A DNA stretch of 64,000 nucleotides from Chthoniobacterales bacterium (GCA_038207335.1 JBBQZX010000019.1:1-64000); one strand, 5' to 3'. Shown: positions 48,364 through 58,964, counted from the stretch's first letter. A program made the numbers and translations. Notes: generated by a model from the letters alone, not told the origin.

Positions 48364-51300
48364 ATGCGCCTTTTTTTCTCGATCCGCTCTGCCGCTGCCA
48401 CGCGCTGTCTGCTCGTGCTCGTCGCGATTTTCAGCGCATTGGCGGCGCCAGCTCGGGCATTCGTTTTCGATTCATTTGGCGATGGGTTTTGGAATGCGGT
48501 GAACCAGAACAACAGCAAGGCGCTCGTGGTGACGAGCACGGGCGCGAGCCAGGCAGCGGTCGCCACGACCGATTTCGGCCAGCAATTCGAGGTGCTCTTG
48601 AATCTCGAGGACGGCACTTTTCGCATCCGCAATCGCGACACTCTGAAGTGCATCGGCGCGCTGAATGGCGGGACGACAGCGGGCACGGCCGTCGTGGAGA
48701 TCAATTACACCGGCGCGAATTCGCAGCGCTGGAGCCTCATCGACGTGGGCAGCGGCTTTTACCAAGTGGTGAATGTCGCCGCGAATCTCGCACTCCAAAC
48801 CGATGCGGCGGCGACGGCGAACGTCACGCTGCAGGTGAAATCGACGAGCAACTTACAGCGCTGGAAATTCAACTACATCACACATTACCCGAAAAAAGGC
48901 GGCGCGGGATGGGACGGAAAATGGGATCAGTTCAACGTCTCGTGGTGTTACAACTGGAGCGACGCGACGGGCGCGTATCTGCCGGACGCGCGGGTTTTCG
49001 AGCCGATGAAATATTCGCGATACTGGCCAGGAACCGGGAATCTCGGGGGCGGCTACGCGGCAATGCACTCGACGCCGAAGCCTGTATTCATCATGGGTTT
49101 CAACGAGCCGGACCAGACGAGCCAGGGCGACACGCCGGTTGCGGATGCGATTTCGTTGTGGCCGGAACTGCAAAATCAAAACGTCCCGCTTGTGAGCCCG
49201 GCGGCGACGAACGCCTACAACGGCTGGCTCGGCGACTTTTACACGCAGGTCGGAAACAAGGGCTACCGCGTCGATTTCACCGCCGTGCATTGGTATGCGA
49301 ATCCCAGCGCGGACACGCTCATCAATCACCTCCAGAGCGTCTATAATTCATGGGGTCGTCCCATCTGGCTGACGGAATTTGGCGCGGTCGATTGGGCGGG
49401 GAACCAGACGTGGACGGAGGAGGACGACTGGAGGTTTCTCGCGGAATTCATGTGGCGCGCGGAGAACCTCATCTGGCTGAAACGCTACTCGATGTTCGTC
49501 TTCACCGGCGACCCGCCTGCGAATCCGTGGAGCCGCGTCGGCTCGCGCTCCAACATGATGAAGTCCGACAACAACACGCTCACTTCGATCGGCGAACTTT
49601 ACGCCGGCTGGGATGGCGATCAGACGATCCGCCCGCGCACCGCGTATCTGCTGCAGGGGCAAAATTCCATGCACCGCCTGAGCAGCAGCGCGGCGAACAG
49701 CGGGTTCCCCGCGGCTGCGCAATATCCCTCGCCTGTCTCGATCCGCTTCGGCGGCGCGCAGGCGCAGTGGGCATTCGTGCAGTCGCCGACGAGCGGGCAA
49801 TTTTACATCGTCTCGCTGCTCGATGGACGCCGCCTGCGCACCGATGGAAATGGCGTCGATCTCGCGCCAATCGGCACCACGGGCATCGGCGTGCAGTGGA
49901 ATCTCTCGAGCCCTGATGCCTACGGATATTGCTACATCGACAACGCGAATTTCACCGGAGGAAAAGCGCTCTACAACCAGCGCTGGAACAACGGCGACGG
50001 CTCGCCGAACTCCATCTACTACGGCGTGCAGGCGTCGGGAAATGCGTCCGACATCACGCGCTTCCGCTTCGTGAAACCCGGGGTGGCCGTCGCCGTCCCC
50101 GACGCTCCCGTGGCGCCCACGGCCGTGGCCGCGGCACCCGGCGATCGCAGCGTGGCACTGAGTTGGAGCGGTGAAGGTTTCATCTTCACGGTGTCCCGGA
50201 GCACCTCGGCGGGCGGGCCATACACGGTGGTCGCAAGTGGAATCCAGACGCGCACTTTTACCGACAACACGGCACTCAACGGCACGCCTTATTATTACGT
50301 CGTCTCGGCCACGAACATCGTCGGCGAGACCTCCGTGAATTCCGCGCAAGTCGCCGCGACGCCGCTTGCTTCCTTGAACGGCGCGGCGCTCATGGCGAAT
50401 TACAAATTCGAATCCGGCGACGCGTCGGATCGTAGCGCGCGCGGACAGCACGGCGCTGTGAGCGGCGGCGTCACCTTCACGGCGCCGGGGAAGGTGGACA
50501 GCGCGGCGGCGACCTTCGACGGCATCGACGGCTCGATCCAAATCCCGGTCGTCGTGGCGAATGATTTCACGATCGCATTTTGGATGAAGACAACGGCGAC
50601 GGGTGGCGCGGGGACGCAGTGGTATAGCGGTAACGGCCTCGTGGATGGCGAGGTCGGCGGCGCGGGCGCGGATTTCGGCACGTCGCTGCTCGGGTCGAAA
50701 GTCGCATTTGGCGTGGGCAATCCCGATACCACGATCCAGTCCCCGACCGCAGTGAATGACGGCGCGTGGCATCACGTCGCGGTGACGCGGAATGGCACGA
50801 GCGGCGCGATGCAACTTTTCCTCGACGGCGTGCCGCAGGCTTCCGCGACAGGGCCGACGGGGACGCGCACCTTGCCGACATCGCTGCGGATCGGCAGCAT
50901 CCAGACGGGCGTGCGCTTTTTCAGCGGCTCGCTCGATGAAATCCGGCTCTACAATTACGCGCTCACGAGCGCCGAAATCGCGCGCCTTTTCCGCCCTCGC
51001 AACGCGCCGGTCGCTGTCTATTCGTTTGAGAATAACGCGCTCGATTCGAGTGGTTTTGGGAATCACGGCGCGGTCGCGGGCGGCATTTCGTACGGCGCAG
51101 GGAATGTCGGGCAAGTGGGGCAATTCAACGGCGCGGGAAACTCGGTGGTGATTCCGTCGCCGCTCGTGAATGACTTCAGCATCGCGTATTGGATCAAGAC
51201 CACGGCGACCGCGGGCACGGGGCAGTGGTGGAGCGGCGCGGGCATCGTCGATGGCGAAGTCAGCGGCGCGGTGAATGACTTCGGCACGGCGTTGATAGGG

Positions 51301-52878
51301 AGCAAGGCGGCGTTTGGAGTCGGCAACGCAGACACGACGATCACTTCGACGAGTGCGATCAATGACGGCCAGTGGCATCACGTTACCGCCACTCGGGCGA
51401 GTGGGTCCGGTGCCATGAAACTCTTTGTGGACGGGCTTCTCCAGGCGACGGGCACCGGCCCCACCGGATCCCGCACCGCGCCAAATGCGCTCCGTATCGC
51501 CGGGATGCAGCCCGGCTACGGATACCTCGCTGGCGCGCTCGATGAGGTCCGGCTCTACACGTATCCGCTCAGCGCCGGGCAGGTCTTCGCGATGGCAAAT
51601 CCAGCGCCCGCACCGTGGCTCTCGACCGATATCGGCGCGCCGGCGGCCGACGGATTCGCGGGCAGAAATGTTGCGGGAACATGGTCCGTCGGCGGGAGCG
51701 GTGCGGATATCTGGACGACGGCAGATCAGTTTCAATTCGTGAACCAGCCCGCAAATGGCGACGGCAGTATCGTCGCGCGCGTCACCTCGCTGCCGACAAA
51801 TCCCGACAGCGGCACCACTGCGAATTCCAAAGCTGGCGTGATGTTCCGCGCCACGACCGCGGCCAATTCACAGTTCGTCGATCTCGTTTTCGATACCTCG
51901 CAGGGGCTCCAGTTCACGAACCGCGCGACTGCGGGCGCGGCAGCCGCGCAGCCCGTCGCCAATGTCAACGTGAGCACCGCGCCGTTCTGGCTGCGCCTCA
52001 CCCGCGGCGGAAATATTTTCCAAGCCGCCTACACGACCGTCGCCGCGCCAGCCGCGAGCGATTGGATTTTGATCGGCAACGTTTCCGTCGGGCTGCCGAC
52101 GAACGCGCTCGCCGGGCTCGCGGTTACCTCCCACGCCGACGGCATCGTCGCCGACACGAGCTTCACCGGTGCCGCGCTCAATGCGAACCAAGCGCCGACC
52201 ATCTCTGCCGTCGCGAATCAGACGATCTCCGAAAACGCGGCGACCAGCGTGCTTCCTTTCACTATCGCCGATTTCGAAACACCAGCCGCGAACCTTATCG
52301 TCACCGCGACTTCTTCGAACACGACGCTCGTGCCGACCGCGAACATCACGCTCGGCGGCTCGGGCGCGAGTCGGACCGTCCGCGTCACGCCCGCGTCGAA
52401 TCAATCCGGCACCGCGACGATCACGCTCAATGTGAGCGACGGAACGCTCGTGACCACGAGCGCGTTCGTCGTGACGGTGCAGACCACGCCGGTTGGGAGT
52501 TGGCGGCAGCAGTGGTTTGGCAGCACCGCCGAGACCGCGAATTCCGCAGACGCTGCCGATCCCGATCGCGACGGAATCAGCAATCTCTGGGAGCGCGCTT
52601 TCAATCTCGATCCCACTGCCGTCGATTCCGCTGCCACCGCTTGGCCGGTCGTCGGCGAGAACGGCGCGAACCTCACGCTGATCTACCGCCGCAACACGGC
52701 CGCGACCGACATCACATATCAAGTACTCTGGAGCGACGACCTCGCCACATGGTCCGCGACTGGCGTGACAGACAGCCTCTTCTCAAGCAGCGGGAACACG
52801 CAAACCCGCATGGGTCAGATCCCGATGAGCCTCGGCGCGCGCATTTACCTCCGCTTGAAAATCACTACGCAGCCGTAG
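48364..52878 (+). CDS. Multimodular secreted glycoside hydrolase: ricin-type lectin, GH128-like catalytic domain, FN3, two LamG domains, Ig-like
   Basis: SQRW/LQRW QxW repeats; WCYNW, GFNEPD, VHWY, PIWLTEF; YYYVVSA; two FTIAFW.KT...DG.WHHV...LDE.RLY repeats. Confidence 0.8.
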   Translation: MRLFFSIRSAAATRCLLVLVAIFSALAAPARAFVFDSFGDGFWNAVNQNNSKALVVTSTGASQAAVATTDFGQQFEVLLNLEDGTFRIRNRDTLKCIGALNGGTTAGTAVVEINYTGANSQRWSLIDVGSGFYQVVNVAANLALQTDAAATANVTLQVKSTSNLQRWKFNYITHYPKKGGAGWDGKWDQFNVSWCYNWSDATGAYLPDARVFEPMKYSRYWPGTGNLGGGYAAMHSTPKPVFIMGFNEPDQTSQGDTPVADAISLWPELQNQNVPLVSPAATNAYNGWLGDFYTQVGNKGYRVDFTAVHWYANPSADTLINHLQSVYNSWGRPIWLTEFGAVDWAGNQTWTEEDDWRFLAEFMWRAENLIWLKRYSMFVFTGDPPANPWSRVGSRSNMMKSDNNTLTSIGELYAGWDGDQTIRPRTAYLLQGQNSMHRLSSSAANSGFPAAAQYPSPVSIRFGGAQAQWAFVQSPTSGQFYIVSLLDGRRLRTDGNGVDLAPIGTTGIGVQWNLSSPDAYGYCYIDNANFTGGKALYNQRWNNGDGSPNSIYYGVQASGNASDITRFRFVKPGVAVAVPDAPVAPTAVAAAPGDRSVALSWSGEGFIFTVSRSTSAGGPYTVVASGIQTRTFTDNTALNGTPYYYVVSATNIVGETSVNSAQVAATPLASLNGAALMANYKFESGDASDRSARGQHGAVSGGVTFTAPGKVDSAAATFDGIDGSIQIPVVVANDFTIAFWMKTTATGGAGTQWYSGNGLVDGEVGGAGADFGTSLLGSKVAFGVGNPDTTIQSPTAVNDGAWHHVAVTRNGTSGAMQLFLDGVPQASATGPTGTRTLPTSLRIGSIQTGVRFFSGSLDEIRLYNYALTSAEIARLFRPRNAPVAVYSFENNALDSSGFGNHGAVAGGISYGAGNVGQVGQFNGAGNSVVIPSPLVNDFSIAYWIKTTATAGTGQWWSGAGIVDGEVSGAVNDFGTALIGSKAAFGVGNADTTITSTSAINDGQWHHVTATRASGSGAMKLFVDGLLQATGTGPTGSRTAPNALRIAGMQPGYGYLAGALDEVRLYTYPLSAGQVFAMANPAPAPWLSTDIGAPAADGFAGRNVAGTWSVGGSGADIWTTADQFQFVNQPANGDGSIVARVTSLPTNPDSGTTANSKAGVMFRATTAANSQFVDLVFDTSQGLQFTNRATAGAAAAQPVANVNVSTAPFWLRLTRGGNIFQAAYTTVAAPAASDWILIGNVSVGLPTNALAGLAVTSHADGIVADTSFTGAALNANQAPTISAVANQTISENAATSVLPFTIADFETPAANLIVTATSSNTTLVPTANITLGGSGASRTVRVTPASNQSGTATITLNVSDGTLVTTSAFVVTVQTTPVGSWRQQWFGSTAETANSADAADPDRDGISNLWERAFNLDPTAVDSAATAWPVVGENGANLTLIYRRNTAATDITYQVLWSDDLATWSATGVTDSLFSSSGNTQTRMGQIPMSLGARIYLRLKITTQP

Positions 52879-52904
52879 CTCCCCCTGCGACTTTAACGTG
52901 TTTG

Positions 52905-52931
52905 TGGAATGCGGAGGTTTCGACTTCCGCT
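52905..52931. repeat. Short REP-like/terminator hairpin between convergent genes
   Basis: GTGGAAT followed by GCGGAGGT-ttcg-ACTTCCGC. Confidence 0.45.
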
Positions 52932-53629
52932 CAGCTCTTCAAACTCTCCGGCTTTTCGCCGGCACCGCCCACGGATTCGGCGATTTCGCTGGCGACTTTG
53001 ATCTGGCGGCGGCTGGTCACGACTTCATCGACGAGGCCGTATTCCTTGGCCTCCAGCGCGGTCATGTAGTAATCGCGGTCGGAGTCGCGGCCCACGATTT
53101 CCGCTTCTTTGCCGGTGTGCTCGGCGAGGATTCGGATGAGCCGTTTCTTGAGTTTGTACATGTACTCCACCGTGCGCTCGACGTCACTCGCAGTGCCCTG
53201 CGCGCCGCCGCTGACCTGATGGATCATGATGTCAGAATTCGGCAGCGCGTACCGTTTGCCGCGCGTCCCGGCGGCGAGCAAAACCGCGCCCATTGAGGCG
53301 GCCATGCCGATGCAGTAAGTGTTCACGTCGCAGGTGAGGAATTGCATCGTGTCGTAAATCGCGAGGCCCGAGGTGACGGAGCCTCCGGGGCTGTTGATGT
53401 AAATGCTGATGTCCTTTTTGCCGTCGTCCATCTGGAGGAAGAGGAGCTGCGCGATGACGGAATTCGCCACGCCGTCGTCGATCGCGGTGCCGAGAAAAAT
53501 GATGCGATCCTTCAGCAGCCGCGAGTAGATGTCGTAGCTGCGCTCGCCGCGGCCCGTCTGCTCGACGACGACCGGGACGTAATAGTTGTTTTGCGGAGTC
53601 TGGATGCGGCGGTCGGGCTGGATGATCAT
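52931..53629 (-). CDS. clpP: ATP-dependent Clp protease proteolytic subunit
   Basis: [38 protein letters not shown]. Confidence 0.97.
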   Translation of the reverse strand: MIIQPDRRIQTPQNNYYVPVVVEQTGRGERSYDIYSRLLKDRIIFLGTAIDDGVANSVIAQLLFLQMDDGKKDISIYINSPGGSVTSGLAIYDTMQFLTCDVNTYCIGMAASMGAVLLAAGTRGKRYALPNSDIMIHQVSGGAQGTASDVERTVEYMYKLKKRLIRILAEHTGKEAEIVGRDSDRDYYMTALEAKEYGLVDEVVTSRRQIKVASEIAESVGGAGEKPESLKS

Positions 53630-53665
53630 GTGAAAAGGTGGGTTTCGGTGTGAGACGGAGAATTT

Positions 53666-53743
53666 AACCGCGGATGGCGCGGATGAAAACGGATGAAGCC
53701 AAATTCTTTTTCTTTATCCGCAATCCCCGCGAAATCCGCGATT
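53666..53743. repeat. Imperfect palindromic intergenic element with CGGAT/ATCCG repeats
   Basis: AACCGCGGATGGCGCGGATGAAAACGGAT ... ATCCGCAATCCCCGCGAAATCCGCGATT. Confidence 0.6.
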
Positions 53744-53750
53744 CAGAGTA

Positions 53751-55064
53751 TCATGCTGCAGTCGCAGAAATGTTCGCGTTCGAGACCAGAAAATCGAGCG
53801 TCTTGGCGGTCAGGATCTCCTCGCTGATCTGGTCGAGCCCGTTGCGCTTATCGAGCTCCTTCACCATTTTCTCGAAAGGCATCTTGTAGTGCTCGGCGAG
53901 CGATGCGACGCGGCCGAAAATCTCCTCGCGCTTCACCGAGATGCCTTCTTGTTCCGCGATCCGCAGGAGGATGAACGTGCCTTTCAATTTCTCCCGTGCA
54001 TTCTGTGAAGCCATGCCGACGAGTTCGCGCTCGCTGCCCTTGATTACTTCTTCAGTCACGCCCCGCGCCTGATTTTCACGCACGATGTCGTTGAGGATTC
54101 TCTGCGTTTCATTCCGCACGAGGTTCGCCGGCAGTTCGCATTCCACTTTGCCGAGCAGCGCCTTCATGATCTGTGTGCGCTTGTTACCCTCGACCTCGCC
54201 GGCTTTCTGCTTAGCGATTTCGTCCTTCGCGAGTTCGCGCAGTTCCGCCAGCGTTTTGCCTTTCACTACGGTATCGGCAAAGGCGTCGTTCAGCTCTGGC
54301 ATCTGCTTCTGCTTCACGCCTTTGAGCGTCACTTTGTAATGGATCGTCGTTCCCGGCATTCCCTCGACGGGGAAATCCGCCGGCACCAGGATGTCAAACT
54401 CGCGCGCGTCGCCGACATTCGCGCCGACGATGTGCCCGCAGAAGCCGGGGAAGAACGCCTCGTCGGTCATCTTGATCCAGAAATCGTCGTTCTCGGAGAG
54501 CGGTTTGCCCGCCTTTGGAAAAACCTCGTGGACGGGCTTCCCGTCGATCGTGCCGGTGTAATCGACGACGATGAAATCGTCCATCTGAGCCGCGCGGCCA
54601 TCAACATCCGTGAAGTCCGCGGCCTGGTCGCGGAGATTCTCGATCGACTCGTCGATCTCAGCGTCCGTCACGTCGGTCGATTTCACATCGACAGCCACGC
54701 CTTTGTATTCGGGAAGTTCGAATTCGGGATGCGTCACGACCGTCGCGGTGAACGACATCGTTTTGTCGTCGCCGAGCTGCACGTCCTCGACGTTTGAGAT
54801 TTGCAGCACGCGCAGCTTTTTCTCCGCGATCGCCTCGCGCGCTGCCTCGCGCAGCACCTTGCCCTCGAGCTCTTCGCGGATTTGCTTTTTGAATTTGCGC
54901 TCGACGACAGCGCGCGGCGCCTTTCCGGGGCGGTAGCCGGGGATGCGCGCCTGTTGCCCGAAGTCCTTCACGAGCTGATCCAGCACCTTGTTGACGCGCT
55001 CGGGTTCAACCTCGACGCGGAGGGTGGCAAGGCAGTTTGGAAGAGGTTCGACGACGACGTTCAT
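53751..55064 (-). CDS. tig: Trigger factor
   Basis: IPGYRPGKAP ribosome-binding signature, FKBP-like middle domain, upstream of clpP. Confidence 0.95.
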   Translation of the reverse strand: MNVVVEPLPNCLATLRVEVEPERVNKVLDQLVKDFGQQARIPGYRPGKAPRAVVERKFKKQIREELEGKVLREAAREAIAEKKLRVLQISNVEDVQLGDDKTMSFTATVVTHPEFELPEYKGVAVDVKSTDVTDAEIDESIENLRDQAADFTDVDGRAAQMDDFIVVDYTGTIDGKPVHEVFPKAGKPLSENDDFWIKMTDEAFFPGFCGHIVGANVGDAREFDILVPADFPVEGMPGTTIHYKVTLKGVKQKQMPELNDAFADTVVKGKTLAELRELAKDEIAKQKAGEVEGNKRTQIMKALLGKVECELPANLVRNETQRILNDIVRENQARGVTEEVIKGSERELVGMASQNAREKLKGTFILLRIAEQEGISVKREEIFGRVASLAEHYKMPFEKMVKELDKRNGLDQISEEILTAKTLDFLVSNANISATAA

Positions 55065-55181
55065 GGTTCGGATTTTGGGATAAAGGGGGCGGAAAGATAG
55101 CGGCTCGCTTTCAAATGCAAACATCGAAATGCCGCGCGATTTCCGGCGCGTTGCGGGGAGATATTCCCACCGACTGGCAGT

Positions 55182-55898
55182 TCAATTCGGGGAGAGTTCG
55201 CGCACTGCGTTTTCCGTCGCGTCGGCGACGGCGTTCCAGCCTTCGCGATCGTTTGTTGCGCTCTCGAAAGCGAGCGGTTGGCCGATGCGCAGTGTGATTT
55301 TTCCCGCCTGCGGCATGGAGCGATTGGGCGGGAGGGCGCGCCATGCGCCATCCAAATAACACGGCACGATCGGCACGGAAGTGCCTGCCACGATGCGGCC
55401 GAGGCCGGACTTGAAGCGTGTCATCTCGCCGGTCCGAGTCCGCGTGCCTTCGGGGAAAAGGATGTAGATGCAGGCATCGCCGACGAGCCGCGCGCGGAGG
55501 TCGTCAAGCGAATGCGCGCCACACTTTTTCCGCCAGATCGGCAGCGCATTCATGAAGGCGGTCGCGAAAAGGGAGGTCGCCTTTTTCGTGAAAAAAGTGT
55601 CCCCCGCTGCGATGGGGAAAACGCGGCCGACCTGCCGCACGGGCATCGCTGCCGCGAGAATGAGCGCGTCAAGATGACTGCCGTGATTTGCCACGAGCAC
55701 GAACGGAGCACGGGAGGGAAGATTTTCACGCCCATGAATCTCCAGTCGATGCGCGGCGGTGAGATAAATCCGAGTGAGCCAGCGCCACGCGAGGCACGAG
55801 GCTGCGCCAACGAGACCGACCTCCCGCCGCAGGCTCTGCACTCTGTCGCCCGGCGAGAGCGAAAGGTCGCGCGCGGGCTGGAAATTCCACGGCTCCAT
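55182..55898 (-). CDS. 1-acyl-glycerol-3-phosphate acyltransferase family protein
   Basis: NHGSHLD, FPEGTRT, FKSG. Confidence 0.9.
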   Translation of the reverse strand: MEPWNFQPARDLSLSPGDRVQSLRREVGLVGAASCLAWRWLTRIYLTAAHRLEIHGRENLPSRAPFVLVANHGSHLDALILAAAMPVRQVGRVFPIAAGDTFFTKKATSLFATAFMNALPIWRKKCGAHSLDDLRARLVGDACIYILFPEGTRTRTGEMTRFKSGLGRIVAGTSVPIVPCYLDGAWRALPPNRSMPQAGKITLRIGQPLAFESATNDREGWNAVADATENAVRELSPN

Positions 55899-56905
55899 CA
55901 GCTCCCTCCGCTGAAAATGCGCGCGGGCTGGTCGAGCCCGAAGCCGCGCAAATACTGGACGTAATGGAACACCGCGGGTGCCGCGAGGATGAGGCTGTCG
56001 AAGCGGTCGAGTAGTCCGCCGTGGCCGGGGATGAGGACGCCCATGTCTTTGATGCCGATGTCGCGCTTGATGGACGACAGCATGAGGTCGCCGAACTGCC
56101 CCGCGATGCTGACGATGAGCCCGAGCCCGAGCAGCGCGACCGGCCCGTCGAGAGGAGTGCCTTTGAAGACAAAATGTCCGAGCGACGCGACGAGTGCGGT
56201 GGTGAGCACCAGGGCGCCGAGCGCGCCGCCGATCGTTTTGTTCGGGCTCGTATTCGGCGTGAGTTTGCGATGCCCGAGCGTCTTGCCGGCGATGTAGGCG
56301 AAGATGTCGTTCAGCTCCACGGTGACAATGAGGAGCAGGACGATCGGGCGGTAGTCTGCGTCATTTGCCATGTATCCGAGGTGGCCGATGCAGACGCCGA
56401 ACAGCAGGAAGCCGATCGCGCCGAGGCCCACGCGCTGGATGTAGCCGTGCGGCTCGTCGCGTAAAATCGCGGTGATGGCGATGAGCACCATGGCGAGCGG
56501 CGGCACGGCCACAAAGAGGTCATACCAGTGATCGGCAATCGCGAAGGTCAGCACGGCGATGCTCGCGACGACGACCGCGCTGAGCCCGCGCTCGCGGAAG
56601 AAACCGGTGGCGCGCGCAAATTCGCGGTAGCACAGCACGCTGAGCAGCGCGACGGCGGCGATTGTCCACGCCGCGCCGAGCAGCACGGGGCCGATCAGCA
56701 GGGGAGTCATGATCGCCCACGAGCGGACGCGCTTCACGAGTTCGTCGTGCAGCTTTGCATCCGTGCGCCCGGCGGCGTGCAGGAGCCAGATCGCGGCGAA
56801 TGCGATGACCAAAACCGCGACGACGGCGATGGTGATTCCGAGCGTCACCGGTGAGTCGAATGCGTGCCGAAAACCGAACAGGCGCTGCGTGGAAATGGCG
56901 TCCAT
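55898..56905 (-). CDS. Phosphatidate cytidylyltransferase (YnbB/CdsA family)
   Basis: ELNDIFAY, SPNKT.GG, GDLMLSSIKRDIGIKD, PGHGGLLDRFDS. Confidence 0.92.
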   Translation of the reverse strand: MDAISTQRLFGFRHAFDSPVTLGITIAVVAVLVIAFAAIWLLHAAGRTDAKLHDELVKRVRSWAIMTPLLIGPVLLGAAWTIAAVALLSVLCYREFARATGFFRERGLSAVVVASIAVLTFAIADHWYDLFVAVPPLAMVLIAITAILRDEPHGYIQRVGLGAIGFLLFGVCIGHLGYMANDADYRPIVLLLIVTVELNDIFAYIAGKTLGHRKLTPNTSPNKTIGGALGALVLTTALVASLGHFVFKGTPLDGPVALLGLGLIVSIAGQFGDLMLSSIKRDIGIKDMGVLIPGHGGLLDRFDSLILAAPAVFHYVQYLRGFGLDQPARIFSGGS

Positions 56906-56909
56906 ACTT

Positions 56910-57566
56910 TTAACGCGCGCGCAAAAACGCGGCGATGCGCGAAAGGCGGCGAAGCGCGGTGACGATGCAGCCGAGGATGAGGAGCGCGAGTGTGTAGAGG
57001 GGGAGATGAAACGACGCGATCGGCGCGAAATAAGGGAGAATCGCCATCACGACGGTGAGTCCGGTGAGCAGTGCCATGCGGTGTTGCTTGGCCATCGGCC
57101 CGATGAAAATCTGACCTGCGCCGACGCTCGCACCCAGCGCGCGGCAGTAGGCCACGAAGACCGCCACGATTGCCGCGCCGAAGCCGTGCAGGGGATCGCT
57201 GCCAGCCGCAAACCCTGCTCCAATCAGGATCGCCGCGTCGGCGACGCGATCCGGTGCCTCATTCCACAGGTCGCCCACCGGTCCGCCGCGCCCGCCTTCC
57301 ACCGCGACCATTCCGTCGAGCAGATTTGCGATGAGTCGGAGCTGCATGAACACCGCGGCGGACAGCCAGCACGCAGATTGCGCGCCGCCGAGCGTGTGCG
57401 ACGTCGCGGCGAAAGACGCGCCGGCGAGCGCGCCGAAAATCATCGTGCAGAACGAGATCGCATTCGGAGCGGCGCCGATTTTCGCGAGCCAGGCGGAGAA
57501 GTCGCGGAAGATTTTCATGTCGCGGCTTTTCAGCGGGCGACGACCGCTCAGCGGAGTGGGAGTCAT
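56910..57566 (-). CDS. CDP-alcohol phosphatidyltransferase (YnbA-like)
   Basis: NLLDGMVAVE...G.LWNEAPDRVAD, GPMAKQHR. Confidence 0.88.
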   Translation of the reverse strand: MTPTPLSGRRPLKSRDMKIFRDFSAWLAKIGAAPNAISFCTMIFGALAGASFAATSHTLGGAQSACWLSAAVFMQLRLIANLLDGMVAVEGGRGGPVGDLWNEAPDRVADAAILIGAGFAAGSDPLHGFGAAIVAVFVAYCRALGASVGAGQIFIGPMAKQHRMALLTGLTVVMAILPYFAPIASFHLPLYTLALLILGCIVTALRRLSRIAAFLRAR

Positions 57567-57913
57567 GTGCGGCCCATGAAATACATGCCGCCGATGAGCA
57601 GCGCCATGCCGGCGAGATTTGCAGGGCGAATCGTTACGCCGTCGGCCATCCGTGCGATGAGCGCGGCCCAGATGAAGGTCGTCGCGTAGATCGGATACAG
57701 GACAGTAAGCGAACCGCCTTTTTTGAAGGCGGCGACGAAGAGAACCATCACGGCGACGTAGCAAATCACGCCGCCGAGCAGGCGCGCATTCAGTAGATAA
57801 CTCGCGATCGATCCGCCTGCGCGATCGGCTCCCGACTTGTAAAAAAACTGGCCGATCGCACCGAGAAAAGCGGCGATGGCGAACATCAGCATGGCGACCG
57901 GAGACGTGGACAT
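57563..57913 (-). CDS. Small EamA/DMT-like membrane protein
   Basis: Four hydrophobic helices; GAIGQFFYK, GSLTVLYPI. Confidence 0.7.
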   Translation of the reverse strand: MSTSPVAMLMFAIAAFLGAIGQFFYKSGADRAGGSIASYLLNARLLGGVICYVAVMVLFVAAFKKGGSLTVLYPIYATTFIWAALIARMADGVTIRPANLAGMALLIGGMYFMGRT

Positions 57914-58028
57914 TTTGAATAAGAAGCGATGGCTTATGGCCAAAAGCCGTGGCGACCTCAACGCATTCGCGCGCTTCGGGAATCTGTGGACGAAAGATTT
58001 CCTGCCGATTTAATCAGCGGCTCGCGTC

Positions 58029-58958
58029 ATGCAGAAAATCCCTCTCGGTTCGACATCCCTTCACTGCAGCCGGCTTGCTTACGGCTGCTGGCGCATCGCT
58101 CGGGTGGGGGCGGAAGCCGCGGATTTCGCCACCGCACGGCGGGCAGTGCTCGCGGCGGTCGATGCGGGTTACACGCTTTTCGATCACGCGGATATTTACT
58201 GCGACGGACACGCGGAGACGGCATTCGGCGCGGTTCTTCGCGAGACGCCGTCGCTTCGGGATCGCATCGTTATCGCGACGAAATGCGGCATTCGATTTTC
58301 CGATCAACCGTCCGGCGCGCCTTATCGATACGATCTTTCGCGCGATCACATCGTGCAGTCGTGCGAGCAATCGCTGCGACGACTCGGGATCGAAACGATC
58401 GACCTGTATCAACTCCACCGCCCGGATTGGCTGATGGATGCGGCCGAAGTCGCGGGCGCGTTTTCCGAGCTGACGCAGGCTGGAAAAGTGCGCGAATTCG
58501 GGGTCAGCAATTTTCTCCCGGCTCAGGTCGCGCTGCTCCAGCAAGCCCTGCCAGCGCCGCTCGCGGTGAATCAAATCGAGATCAGTTTGCTGCAACTTGG
58601 TGCGCTTTCCGACGGCGCGCTGGAGCAATGTCAGGCGGCAAAAATCACGCCGCTGGCGTGGAGCCCGCTCGGCGGCGGATTGCTCGCCGATGGCGCAGTG
58701 GACATCCTCGACGCTCAGAAGGCTTACGAGCCCGCTGCCGTCGTTTCCGCGCTCGATGCGATGGCGCGCGCTCGCGGCACGACGCGCACCGCGCTCGCGC
58801 TCGCGTGGCTGCTGCGGCATCCGGCAGGCATCGTGCCGATCATCGGCAGCACCGACCCGGCGCGAATCCGCACGGCGGTGGCGGCGACTGAAATCCAGAT
58901 AAGCCGCGAGGAGTGGTATTCGCTTCTCACGGTCGCGCGCGGCGTGCCGCTTCCGTAG
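58029..58958 (+). CDS. Aldo/keto reductase
   Basis: FDHADIY, IATKCG, IDLYQLHRPD, GVSNF, AWSPLGGG. Confidence 0.92.
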   Translation: MQKIPLGSTSLHCSRLAYGCWRIARVGAEAADFATARRAVLAAVDAGYTLFDHADIYCDGHAETAFGAVLRETPSLRDRIVIATKCGIRFSDQPSGAPYRYDLSRDHIVQSCEQSLRRLGIETIDLYQLHRPDWLMDAAEVAGAFSELTQAGKVREFGVSNFLPAQVALLQQALPAPLAVNQIEISLLQLGALSDGALEQCQAAKITPLAWSPLGGGLLADGAVDILDAQKAYEPAAVVSALDAMARARGTTRTALALAWLLRHPAGIVPIIGSTDPARIRTAVAATEIQISREEWYSLLTVARGVPLP

Positions 58959-58964
58959 CTGCGC

